A DNA stretch of 64,000 bases from NCBI RefSeq assembly GCF_009914755.1, contig NC_060948.1. One strand, written 5' to 3'. The translations under genes were made by a program, and so were the position numbers. The notes beneath the pieces were generated by a model. That model had not been told where the DNA came from, made no database searches, and saw only the letters and a program-made list of their open reading frames with translations. The DNA comes from the human T2T-CHM13v2.0 reference genome, Homo sapiens. Every line of letters begins with the position of its first letter. The first letter of the stretch is position 1. Shown here in pieces: positions 28,101-42,129 of the stretch.

Positions 28101-31100
28101 TAGTGAACTTTAATGGAATGAACTCGAATGGATTCGACTGGAATGGAATGTTCTGGAAGTGAATGGACTGCAATGGAATGGATTCAAAAGGAATGGAATC
28201 GAAGGGAATGGAATCTAATGGAATGGAATTAAATGGAAAGGAATCAAATCGAATAGCAGGGAATTGAACTGAATGGAATCGAATGCAATGGAATCTAATG
28301 AAACGGAAAGGAAAGGAATGGAATGGCATGGAATGGGCTGGAATGGAATGGAATCGAAACGAATGGAATGGAATCGAACTGAAGAGACTGGAATGAAATG
28401 CACTGGCATGGAAGGGATTTTAATGGAACGTTCTTGAAAAGACTGGAATCGAATGGAATGGAATTGAATGGAACGGATATAGAGTCAAATGGAATTGAAT
28501 GGAATGGAATGGAGTAGAGTGAAATGGAATCGAGTCACTAGGAATGGACAGGAATAGAACGGTCTCGAATTGAATGGAATCGTATGGAATGGAATTCAAC
28601 GGAATGGAATGGACAGCCACGGAATGGAATGCACTCGAATGCAATGGACTCGAAACTAATGGACTGGAATCGAATGGAATGGAATCGAACGGAATGGACT
28701 CGAAGTGAAAAGAGTGCAATGGAAAGGTCTCGAATGGAATGGAAATTAATGGAATGGAATGGAATCGAATGAAATGGAGTCAAAAGGAATGGAATCGAAT
28801 GGCAAGAAATCGAATGTAATGGAATCACAAGGAATGGATGTGAACGGAACGGAATGGAATGGAATCAAAAGGAATGGAATCGAATGGAATGGACTCGAAT
28901 GGAAATGACTCGAATAGAATGGAATTCAACAAAATAGAATCAAATGTAATGGAATGGAATGGAAAGGAATCGAAACGAAAGGAATGGAGACAGATGGAAT
29001 GGAATGGAACAGAGAGCAATGGTATAGAATGGAATGGAATCATATGGAATGGAATTGAATGGAATGGAATAATATGAAATGGAATGGAAAGGAATGGAAT
29101 GCACTTGAATTAAATGGACTGGAATGGAATGGACTCGAACGGAGTGGAATGGAAAGGATTGAAATAGAATGGAATGGACTCCTTTGGAATGGTCTAGTAT
29201 GCAATGCAAACGACTGGCAGGGAATCAAAAGGAATGTAATCGAATGGATTGGACTGGAATACAATGGACTCGAATACATTGGAAACGGAATGCAATGGAA
29301 TGGAATGGAATAGTATGGAATGGAACGGAAAGGAATGAAGTAGAATGGACTAGAGTGGAATGGAATGGACTCGAAAGCAATGGACTGGAATGGAACGATC
29401 TTGAATGGACCGGAATCAAACGGAACGGAATGCAATGCAAGGCAATCAAATGGAATGGAATAAAAGAGAATGAAAGAGAATCAAATGCAATTGAATCGAA
29501 TGGAATCGAATGGATTGGAAAGGAATAGAATGGAATGGAATGGAATTGACTCCAATGGAATGGACTAGAACGGAATGGAGTCGAATGGAAGGCAAAGGAA
29601 TGGAATCTATTGGAATGGACTGTAATGGAATGGCATGGAAGGGATTGGAATGGACTCGAATGGAAAGGACTGCAATAGAAAGGATTCTAATGGAATGAAA
29701 AAGAATTGAATGGAATAGAACAGAATGGAATCAAATCGAATGAAATGGAATGGAATAGAAAGGAATGGAATGAAATGGAATGGAAAGGATTCAAATGGAA
29801 TGCGATCAAATGGAATGCAATCGAATGGAATGGAATCGAACGGAATGGAATAAAATGGAAGGAAACTGGCAAGAAATGGAATCGAAATGAATGGAGGGTT
29901 ATGGAACGGACTCCAAAGGAATTGAATGTAATAGAATGGAGTGGAGTGGACTCGAATATAATGGACTGGAATGGAATGGAATCACATGGAATGGGAACGA
30001 ATGGAATGGAATGGAAAGGAATGGAATCGAATGGAAAGGAATCAAATGGAAGGGAATGAAATTGAATCAACAGGAATGGAAGGGAATAGAATAGACTGTA
30101 ATGGAATGGACTCGAATAGAATGGACACGAATGCTCAAATTGGATGGACTCGAATGGAATGGAAACGAAAGGAATGTCATCGAATGGAATTGAATCGATT
30201 GGAATGAAATGGCATAGAATGGAGTGGAATCAAATGGAATTGAATCGAAAGGAAAGGAAGCGAATGGACTGAAATGAAATGGAATGGAATTGAATGGAAA
30301 GTAATGCAATGGAATAGAATGGAACGAAATTTCACGGAATGGAATCAAACAGAATGGAATCAAATCAATGGAATATAATCAAATGGAATGGAATGGAATG
30401 GAAAGGAATTGAATGGAATAGATTGGATAGGAAGGGATTGGAATGCAATGGAATGGAAAGGACTCGAATTTCATGAAACGGAATGGAATGAATTGGAATG
30501 GAATGGACTCGAATGGAATGGAATGTCATGGAATGGCATCAAATGGAATGGAATCAAATGGAATGGCATCGAATGCAATGGAATGTTATGGAATGGAATG
30601 GAATGTATTGGAATGGAATGTCCTCTAATGGAATGGATTCGAGTGGAATGGAATCGAATATAATGGAGTCGAATGAAATGGAATTGAAAGGAATGGGATC
30701 GAATAGAATGGAATATACTGGAATGTAATGTAATGAAGTCGAATGTAATTGACTGGAATGGAATGTACATGAATGGAATGTAATCGAATGGAAAGTAATC
30801 CAATGAAATAGAATCTAATGCAATAAAACCGACTCAAATGGAATAGAATGTAATGGAATGGAGTGCAGTGCAATGGAATGGAATGGAATGGAATGCAATG
30901 GAGTGGAATGGAATGGAATGGGATGGAATGGTATGGAATGGATAGTAAAGGACTGGAGTGAAATGGACTGTAAAGGAATGGACTCCAATTGAAAGGGCTC
31001 GAAAGGAATGGAGTCAAATGGAATGGTCTGGAATGGAATGAACTCGAATGTAATGCAATCCAATAGAATGGAATCGAATGGAATGGAATATAAAGAAATG

Positions 31101-34100
31101 GAATCGACGAGAATGGAAACAGATGGAATGGAATTGAAAGGAATGGAATTGAATGGAATGGGCACGAATGGAATGAAATTGTATGGAATAGAAGAGAATA
31201 GAATGGAATGCAATGGATAAGAAAGGAATGGATTGGAATGGAAGGGAATGTAGTGTAATGGACTGGCATGGAATAAACTGGAATGCTACGGTCTCAAATG
31301 GAATAAAAATGTATGGAATGGAATGCCATGAAACGGAATCGAATGTCATAGAATGTAATGGAATGCAAAGAAATGGACTCCAAAATCATTGACTGAAAAG
31401 GCTGGGTGTCGAAAGGAATTGACTCCAATGGAATGGAATCGAATGGAATGGAAGTGAATAGAATCGAACTAAATCGAATGGAATGGAATTGATAGGAACG
31501 GAATGGAAAGGAATGGAATGATTTGGCATGGAATGGAATCGAATGGACTCGAATGGAATGGAATGGAATGCAATGGAATGGAATGTATTAGAATGTAGTG
31601 AACTTTAATGGAATGAACTCGAATGGATTCGACTGGAATGGAATGTTCTGGAAGTGAATGGACTGCAATGGAATGGATTCAAAAGGAATGGAATCGAAGG
31701 GAATGGAATCTAATGGAATGGAATTAAATGGAAAGGAATCAAATCGAATAGCAGGGAATTGAACTGAATGGAATCGAATGCAATGGAATCTAATGAAACG
31801 GAAAGGAAAGGAATGGAATGGCATGGAATGGGCTGGAATGGAATGGAATCGAAACGAATGGAATGGAATCGAACTGAAGAGACTGGAATGAAATGCACTG
31901 GCATGGAAGGGATTTTAATGGAACGTTCTTGAAAAGACTGGAATCGAATGGAATGGAATTGAATGGAACGGATATAGAGTCAAATGGAATTGAATGGAAT
32001 GGAATGGAGTAGAGTGAAATGGAATCGAGTCACTAGGAATGGACAGGAATAGAACGGTCTCGAATTGAATGGAATCGTATGGAATGGAATTCAACGGAAT
32101 GGAATGGACAGCCACGGAATGGAATGCACTCGAATGCAATGGACTCGAAACTAATGGACTGGAATCGAATGGAATGGAATCGAACGGAATGGACTCGAAG
32201 TGAAAAGAGTGCAATGGAAAGGTCTCGAATGGAATGGAAATTAATGGAATGGAATGGAATCGAATGAAATGGAGTCAAAAGGAATGGAATCGAATGGCAA
32301 GAAATCGAATGTAATGGAATCACAAGGAATGGATGTGAACGGAACGGAATGGAATGGAATCAAAAGGAATGGAATCGAATGGAATGGACTCGAATGGAAA
32401 TGACTCGAATAGAATGGAATTCAACAAAATAGAATCAAATGTAATGGAATGGAATGGAAAGGAATCGAAACGAAAGGAATGGAGACAGATGGAATGGAAT
32501 GGAACAGAGAGCAATGGTATAGAATGGAATGGAATCATATGGAATGGAATTGAATGGAATGGAATAATATGAAATGGAATGGAAAGGAATGGAATGCACT
32601 TGAATTAAATGGACTGGAATGGAATGGACTCGAACGGAGTGGAATGGAAAGGATTGAAATAGAATGGAATGGACTCCTTTGGAATGGTCTAGTATGCAAT
32701 GCAAACGACTGGCAGGGAATCAAAAGGAATGTAATCGAATGGATTGGACTGGAATACAATGGACTCGAATACATTGGAAACGGAATGCAATGGAATGGAA
32801 TGGAATAGTATGGAATGGAACGGAAAGGAATGAAGTAGAATGGACTAGAGTGGAATGGAATGGACTCGAAAGCAATGGACTGGAATGGAACGATCTTGAA
32901 TGGACCGGAATCAAACGGAACGGAATGCAATGCAAGGCAATCAAATGGAATGGAATAAAAGAGAATGAAAGAGAATCAAATGCAATTGAATCGAATGGAA
33001 TCGAATGGATTGGAAAGGAATAGAATGGAATGGAATGGAATTGACTCCAATGGAATGGACTAGAACGGAATGGAGTCGAATGGAAGGCAAAGGAATGGAA
33101 TCTATTGGAATGGACTGTAATGGAATGGCATGGAAGGGATTGGAATGGACTCGAATGGAAAGGACTACAATAGAAAGGATTCTAATGGAATGAAAAAGAA
33201 TTGAATGGAATAGAACAGAATGGAATCAAATCGAATGAAATGGAATGGAATAGAAAGGAATGGAATGAAATGGAATGGAAAGGATTCAAATGGAATGCGA
33301 TCAAATGGAATGCAATCGAATGGAATGGAATCGAACGGAATGGAATAAAATGGAAGGAAACTGGCAAGAAATGGAATCGAAATGAATGGAGGGTTATGGA
33401 ACGGACTCCAAAGGAATTGAATGTAATAGAATGGAGTGGAGTGGACTCGAATATAATGGACTGGAATGGAATGGAATCACATGGAATGGGAACGAATGGA
33501 ATGGAATGGAAAGGAATGGAATCGAATGGAAAGGAATCAAATGGAAGGGAATGAAATTGAATCAACAGGAATGGAAGGGAATAGAATAGACTGTAATGGA
33601 ATGGACTCGAATAGAATGGACACGAATGCTCAAATTGGATGGACTCGAATGGAATGGAAACGAAAGGAATGTCATCGAATGGAATTGAATCGATTGGAAT
33701 GAAATGGCATAGAATGGAGTGGAATCAAATGGAATTGAATCGAAAGGAAAGGAAGCGAATGGACTGAAATGAAATGGAATGGAATTGAATGGAAAGTAAT
33801 GCAATGGAATAGAATGGAACGAAATTTCACGGAATGGAATCAAACAGAATGGAATCAAATCAATGGAATATAATCAAATGGAATGGAATGGAATGGAAAG
33901 GAATTGAATGGAATAGATTGGATAGGAAGGGATTGGAATGCAATGGAATGGAAAGGACTCGAATTTCATGAAACGGAATGGAATGAATTGGAATGGAATG
34001 GACTCGAATGGAATGGAATGTCATGGAATGGCATCAAATGGAATGGAATCAAATGGAATGGCATCGAATGCAATGGAATGTTATGGAATGGAATGGAATG

Positions 34101-37100
34101 TATTGGAATGGAATGTCCTCTAATGGAATGGATTCGAGTGGAATGGAATCGAATATAATGGAGTCGAATGAAATGGAATTGAAAGGAATGGGATCGAATA
34201 GAATGGAATATACTGGAATGTAATGTAATGAAGTCGAATGTAATTGACTGGAATGGAATGTACATGAATGGAATGTAATCGAATGGAAAGTAATCCAATG
34301 AAATAGAATCTAATGCAATAAAACCGACTCAAATGGAATAGAATGTAATGGAATGGAGTGCAGTGCAATGGAATGGAATGGAATGGAATGCAATGGAGTG
34401 GAATGGAATGGAATGGGATGGAATGGTATGGAATGGATAGTAAAGGACTGGAGTGAAATGGACTGTAAAGGAATGGACTCCAATTGAAAGGGCTCGAAAG
34501 GAATGGAGTCAAATGGAATGGTCTGGAATGGAATGAACTCGAATGTAATGCAATCCAATAGAATGGAATCGAATGGAATGGAATATAAAGAAATGGAATC
34601 GACGAGAATGGAAACAGATGGAATGGAATTGAAAGGAATGGAATTGAATGGAATGGGCACGAATGGAATGAAATTGTATGGAATAGAAGAGAATAGAATG
34701 GAATGCAATGGATAAGAAAGGAATGGATTGGAATGGAAGGGAATGTAGTGTAATGGACTGGCATGGAATAAACTGGAATGCTACGGTCTCAAATGGAATA
34801 AAAATGTATGGAATGGAATGCCATGAAACGGAATCGAATGTCATAGAATGTAATGGAATGCAAAGAAATGGACTCCAAAATCATTGACTGGAAAGGCTGG
34901 GTGTCGAAAGGAATTGACTCCAATGGAATGGAATCGAATGGAATGGAAGTGAATAGAATCGAACTAAATCGAATGGAATGGAATTGATAGGAACGGAATG
35001 GAAAGGAATGGAATGATTTGGCATGGAATGGAATCGAATGGACTCGAATGGAATGGAATGGAATGCAATGGAATGGAATGTATTAGAATGTAGTGAACTT
35101 TAATGGAATGAACTCGAATGGATTCGACTGGAATGGAATGTTCTGGAAGTGAATGGACTGCAATGGAATGGATTCAAAAGGAATGGAATCGAAGGGAATG
35201 GAATCTAATGGAATGGAATTAAATGGAAAGGAATCAAATCGAATAGCAGGGAATTGAACTGAATGGAATCGAATGCAATGGAATCTAATGAAACGGAAAG
35301 GAAAGGAATGGAATGGCATGGAATGGGCTGGAATGGAATGGAATCGAAACGAATGGAATGGAATCGAACTGAAGAGACTGGAATGAAATGCACTGGCATG
35401 GAAGGGATTTTAATGGAACGTTCTTGAAAAGACTGGAATCGAATGGAATGGAATTGAATGGAACGGATATAGAGTCAAATGGAATTGAATGGAATGGAAT
35501 GGAGTAGAGTGAAATGGAATCGAGTCACTAGGAATGGACAGGAATAGAACGGTCTCGAATTGAATGGAATCGTATGGAATGGAATTCAACGGAATGGAAT
35601 GGACAGCCACGGAATGGAATGCACTCGAATGCAATGGACTCGAAACTAATGGACTGGAATCGAATGGAATGGAATCGAACGGAATGGACTCGAAGTGAAA
35701 AGAGTGCAATGGAAAGGTCTCGAATGGAATGGAAATTAATGGAATGGAATGGAATCGAATGAAATGGAGTCAAAAGGAATGGAATCGAATGGCAAGAAAT
35801 CGAATGTAATGGAATCACAAGGAATGGATGTGAACGGAACGGAATGGAATGGAATCAAAAGGAATGGAATCGAATGGAATGGACTCGAATGGAAATGACT
35901 CGAATAGAATGGAATTCAACAAAATAGAATCAAATGTAATGGAATGGAATGGAAAGGAATCGAAACGAAAGGAATGGAGACAGATGGAATGGAATGGAAC
36001 AGAGAGCAATGGTATAGAATGGAATGGAATCATATGGAATGGAATTGAATGGAATGGAATAATATGAAATGGAATGGAAAGGAATGGAATGCACTTGAAT
36101 TAAATGGACTGGAATGGAATGGACTCGAACGGAGTGGAATGGAAAGGATTGAAATAGAATGGAATGGACTCCTTTGGAATGGTCTAGTATGCAATGCAAA
36201 CGACTGGCAGGGAATCAAAAGGAATGTAATCGAATGGATTGGACTGGAATACAATGGACTCGAATACATTGGAAACGGAATGCAATGGAATGGAATGGAA
36301 TAGTATGGAATGGAACGGAAAGGAATGAAGTAGAATGGACTAGAGTGGAATGGAATGGACTCGAAAGCAATGGACTGGAATGGAACGATCTTGAATGGAC
36401 CGGAATCAAACGGAACGGAATGCAATGCAAGGCAATCAAATGGAATGGAATAAAAGAGAATGAAAGAGAATCAAATGCAATTGAATCGAATGGAATCGAA
36501 TGGATTGGAAAGGAATAGAATGGAATGGAATGGAATTGACTCCAATGGAATGGACTAGAACGGAATGGAGTCGAATGGAAGGCAAAGGAATGGAATCTAT
36601 TGGAATGGACTGTAATGGAATGGCATGGAAGGGATTGGAATGGACTCGAATGGAAAGGACTGCAATAGAAAGGATTCTAATGGAATGAAAAAGAATTGAA
36701 TGGAATAGAACAGAATGGAATCAAATCGAATGAAATGGAATGGAATAGAAAGGAATGGAATGAAATGGAATGGAAAGGATTCAAATGGAATGCGATCAAA
36801 TGGAATGCAATCGAATGGAATGGAATCGAACGGAATGGAATAAAATGGAAGGAAACTGGCAAGAAATGGAATCGAAATGAATGGAGGGTTATGGAACGGA
36901 CTCCAAAGGAATTGAATGTAATAGAATGGAGTGGAGTGGACTCGAATATAATGGACTGGAATGGAATGGAATCACATGGAATGGGAACGAATGGAATGGA
37001 ATGGAAAGGAATGGAATCGAATGGAAAGGAATCAAATGGAAGGGAATGAAATTGAATCAACAGGAATGGAAGGGAATAGAATAGACTGTAATGGAATGGA

Positions 37101-38575
37101 CTCGAATAGAATGGACACGAATGCTCAAATTGGATGGACTCGAATGGAATGGAAACGAAAGGAATGTCATCGAATGGAATTGAATCGATTGGAATGAAAT
37201 GGCATAGAATGGAGTGGAATCAAATGGAATTGAATCGAAAGGAAAGGAAGCAAATGGACTGAAATGAAATGGAATGGAATTGAATGGAAAGTAATGCAAT
37301 GGAATAGAATGGAACGAAATTTCACGGAATGGAATCAAACAGAATGGAATCAAATCAATGGAATATAATCAAATGGAATGGAATGGAATGGAAAGGAATT
37401 GAATGGAATAGATTGGATAGGAAGGGATTGGAATGCAATGGAATGGAAAGGACTCGAATTTCATGAAACGGAATGGAATGAATTGGAATGGAATGGACTC
37501 GAATGGAATGGAATGTCATGGAATGGCATCAAATGGAATGGAATCAAATGGAATGGCATCGAATGCAATGGAATGTTATGGAATGGAATGGAATGTATTG
37601 GAATGGAATGTCCTCTAATGGAATGGATTCGAGTGGAATGGAATCGAATATAATGGAGTCGAATGAAATGGAATTGAAAGGAATGGGATCGAATAGAATG
37701 GAATATACTGGAATGTAATGTAATGAAGTCGAATGTAATTGACTGGAATGGAATGTACATGAATGGAATGTAATCGAATGGAAAGTAATCCAATGAAATA
37801 GAATCTAATGCAATAAAACCGACTCAAATGGAATAGAATGTAATGGAATGGAGTGCAGTGCAATGGAATGGAATGGAATGGAATGCAATGGAGTGGAATG
37901 GAATGGAATGGGATGGAATGGTATGGAATGGATAGTAAAGGACTGGAGTGAAATGGACTGTAAAGGAATGGACTCCAATTGAAAGGGCTCGAAAGGAATG
38001 GAGTCAAATGGAATGGCCTGGAATGGAATGAACTCGAATGTAAGGCAATCCAATAGAATGGAATCGAATGGAATGGAGTATAAAGAAATGGAATCGACGA
38101 GAATGGAAACAGATGGAATGGAATTGAAAGGAATGGAATTGAATGGAATGGGCACGAATGGAATGAAATTGTATGGAATAGAAGAGAATAGAATGGAATG
38201 CAATGGATAAGAAAGGAATGGATTGGAATGGAAGGGAATGTAGTGTAATGGACTGGCATGGAATAAACTGGAATGCTACGGTCTCAAATGGAATAAAAAT
38301 GTATGGAATGGAATGCCATGAAACGGAATCGAATGTCATAGAATGTAATGGAATGCAAAGAAATGGACTCCAAAATCATTGACTGGAAAGGCTGGGTGTC
38401 GAAAGGAATTGACTCCAATAGAATGGAATCGAATGGAATGGAAGTGAATAGAATCGAACTAAATCGAATGGAATGGAATTGACAGGAACGGAATGGAAAG
38501 GAATGGAATGATTTGGCATGAAATGGAATCGAATGGACTCGAATGGAATTGAATGGAATGCAATGGAATGGAATG
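7121..38575 (+). repeat. Nine near-identical type B units (U3-U11), 3495 bp each
   Basis: Anchors and ORF coordinates repeat at exactly 3495 bp (for example ORFs at 7123, 10618, 14113 ... 35083). Relative to type A: one copy of the 20-mer (-20), a 40-bp deletion (-40) and GTAGTGAACTTT (+1), giving 3554-20-40+1=3495. Confidence 0.95.
7455..7469. promoter_or_regulatory. Perfect heat-shock element motif HSE2, 280 bp downstream of HSE1 in A/B units; intact in U3-U19, broken in U1/U2
   Basis: gGAAcgTTCttGAAa in B units, gGAAcgTTCtgGAAa in U12 (38909), gGAAggTTCtcGAAa in U13 and C units (42434, 45900, 49403, 52910, 56409, 60078, 63557). U1 (346-360) has TTT in place of TTC. Confidence 0.5.
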
Positions 38576-41500
38576 TATTAGAATGTAGAAACTTTAATGG
38601 AATGAACTCGAATGGATTCGACTGGAATGGAATGTTCTGGAAGTGAATGGACTCCAATGGAATGGAATCAAAATGAATGGAATCGAAGGGAATGGAATCT
38701 AATGGAATGGAATTAAATGGAAAGGAATCAAATCGAATAGCACGGAATTGAACTGAATGGAATCGAATGCAATGGAATCTAATGAAACGGAAAGGAAAGG
38801 AATGGAATGGCATGGAATGGGCTGGAATGGAATGGAATCGAAACGAATGGAATGGAATCGAACTGAAGAGACTGGAATGGAATGCACTGGCATGGAAGGG
38901 ATTTTAATGGAACGTTCTGGAAAAGACTGGAATCGAATGGAATGGAATTGAATGGAACGGATATAGAGTGAAATGGAATTGAATGGAATGGAATGGAGTA
39001 GAGTGAAATGGAATCGAGTCACTAGGAATGGACAGGAATAGAACGGTCTCGAATTGAATGGAATCGTATGGAATGGAATTCAACGGAATGGAATGGACAG
39101 CCACGGAATGGAATGGACAGCCACGGAATGGAATGCACTCGAATGCAATGGACTCGAAACTAATGGACTGGAATCGAATGGACTCGACTGGTATGGACTC
39201 CAATGGAATGGAATCGAATGGAATGGAATCGAACAGAATGGACTCGAAGTGAAAAGAGTGCAATGGAAAGGTCTCGAATGGAATGGAAATTAATGGAATG
39301 GAATGGAATCGAATGAAATGGAGTCAAAAGGAATGGAATCGAATGGCAAGAAATCGAATGTAATGGAATCACAAGGAATGGATGTGAACGGAACGGAATG
39401 GAATGGAATCAAAAGGAATGGAATCGAATGGAATGGACTCGAATGGAAATGACTCGAATAGAATGGAATTCAACAAAATAGAATCAAATGTAATGGAATG
39501 GAATGGAAAGGAATCGAAACGAAAGGAATGGAGACAGATGGAATGGAATGGAACAGAGAGCAATGGTACATAATGGAATGGAATCATATGGAATGGAATT
39601 GAATGGAATGGAATAATATGAAATGGAATGGAAAGGAATGGAATGCACTTGAATTAAATGGACTTGAATGGAATGGACTCGAACGGAGTGGAATGGAAAG
39701 GATTGAAATAGAATGGAATGGACTCCTTTGGAATGGTCTAGTAGGCCATGCAAACGACTGTCAGGGAATCAAAAGGAATGTAATCGAATGGATTGGACTG
39801 CAATACAATGGACTCGAATACATTGGAAACGGAATGCAATGGAATGGAATGGAATAGTATGGAATGGAACGGAAAGGAATGAAGTAGAATGGACTAGAGT
39901 GGAAAGGAATGGACTCGAAAGCAATGGACTGGAATGGAACGATCTTGAATGGACCGGAATCAAACGGAACGGAATGCAATGCAAGGCAATCAAATGGAAT
40001 GGAATAAAAGAGAATGAAAGAGAATCAAATGCAATTGAATCGAATGGAATCGAATGGATTGGAAAGGAATAGAATGGAATGGAATGGAATTGACTCAAAT
40101 GGAATGGACTAGAACGGAATGGAGTCGAAAGGAAGGCAAAGGAATGGAATCTATTGGAATGGACTGTAATGGAATGGCATGGAAGGGATTGGAATGGACT
40201 CGAATGGAAAGGACTGCAATAGAAAGGATTCGAATGGAATGAAAAAGAATTGAATGGAATAGAACAGAATGGAATCAAATCGAATGAAATGGAATGGAAT
40301 AGAAAGGAATGGAATGAAATGGAATGGAAAGGATTCAAATGGAATGCGATCGAATGGAATGCAATCGAATGGAATGGAATCGAACGGAATGGAATAAAAT
40401 GGAAGGAAACTGGCAAGAAATGGAATCGAAATGAATGGAGTGTTATGGAACGGACTCCAAAGCAATTGAATGTAATAGAATGGAGTGGAGTGGACTCGAA
40501 TATAATGGACTGGAATGGAATGGAATCACATGGAATGGGAACGAATGGAATGGAATGGAAAGGAATGGAATCGAATGGAAAGGAATCAAATGGAAGGGAA
40601 TGAAATTGAATCAACAGGAATGGAAGGGAATAGAATAGACTGTAATGGAATGGACTCGAATAGAATGGACACGAATGCTCAAATTGGATGGACTCGAATG
40701 GAATGGAAACGAAAGGAATGTCATCGAATGGAATTGAATCGATTGGAATGAAATGGCATAGAATGGAGTGGAATGAAATGGAATTGAATCGAAAGGAAAG
40801 GAAGCGAATGGACTGAAATGAAATGGAATGGAATTGAATGGAAAGTAATGCAATGGAATAGAATGGAACGAAATTTCACGGAATGGAATCAAACAGAATG
40901 GAATCAAATCAATGGAATATAATCAAATGGAATGGAATGGAATGGAAAGGAATTGAATGGAATAGATTGGATAGGAAGGGATTGGAATGCAATGGAATGG
41001 AAAGGACTCGAATTTCATGAAACGGAATGGAATGAATTGGAATGGAATGGACTCGAATGGAATGGAATGTCATGGAATGGCATCAAATGGAATGGAATCA
41101 AATGGAATGGCATCGAATGCAATGGAATGTTATGGAATGGAATGGAATGTATTGGAATGGAATGTCCTCTAATGGAATGGATTCGAGTGGAATGGAATCG
41201 AATATAATGGAGTCGAATGAAATGGAATTGAAAGGAATGGGATCGAATAGAATGGAATATACTGGAATGTAATGTAATGAAGTCGAATGTAATTGACTGG
41301 AATGGAATGTACATGAATGGAATGTAATCGAATGGAAAGTAATCCAATGAAATAGAATCTAATGCAATAAAACCGACTCAAATGGAATAGAATGTAATGG
41401 AATGGAGTGCAGTGCAATGGAATGGAATGGAATGGAATGCAATGGAGTGGAATGGAATGGAATGGGATGGAATGGTATGGAATGGATAGTAAAGGACTGG

Positions 41501-42129
41501 AGTGAAATGGACTGTAAAGGAATGGACTCCAATTGAAAGGGCTCGAAAGGAATGGAGTCAAATGGAATGGTCTGGAATGGAATGAACTCGAATGTAATGC
41601 AATCCAATAGAATGGAATCGAATGGAATGGAATATAAAGAAATGGAATCGACGAGAATGGAAACAGATGGAATGGAATTGAAAGGAATGGAATTGAATGG
41701 AATGGGCACGAATGGAATGAAATTGTATGGAATAGAAGAGAATAGAATGGAATGCAATGGATAAGAAAGGAATGGATTGGAATGGAAGGGAATGTAGTGT
41801 AATGGACTGGCATGGAATAAACTGGAATGCTACGGTCTCAAATGGAATAAAAATGTATGGAATGGAATGCCATGAAATGGAATCGAATGTCATAGAATGT
41901 AATGGAATGCAAATAAATGGACTCCAAAATCATTGACTGGAAAGGCTGGGTGTCGAAAGGAACTGACTCCAATGGAATGGAATCGAATGGAATGGAAGTG
42001 AATAGAATCGAACTAAATCGAATGGAATGGAATTGATAGGAACGGAATGGAAAGGAATGGAATGATTTGGCATGGAATGGAATCGAATGGACTCGAATGG
42101 AATGGAATGGAATGCAATGGAATGGAATG
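38576..42129 (+). repeat. Type A unit (U12), 3554 bp, closest to U2 in its middle
   Basis: GTAGAAACTTT, 20-mer duplication at 39084-39123, GGCC at 39744. Shares GGAGTCGAAAGG and CCAAAGCAATTG with U2. Confidence 0.9.
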
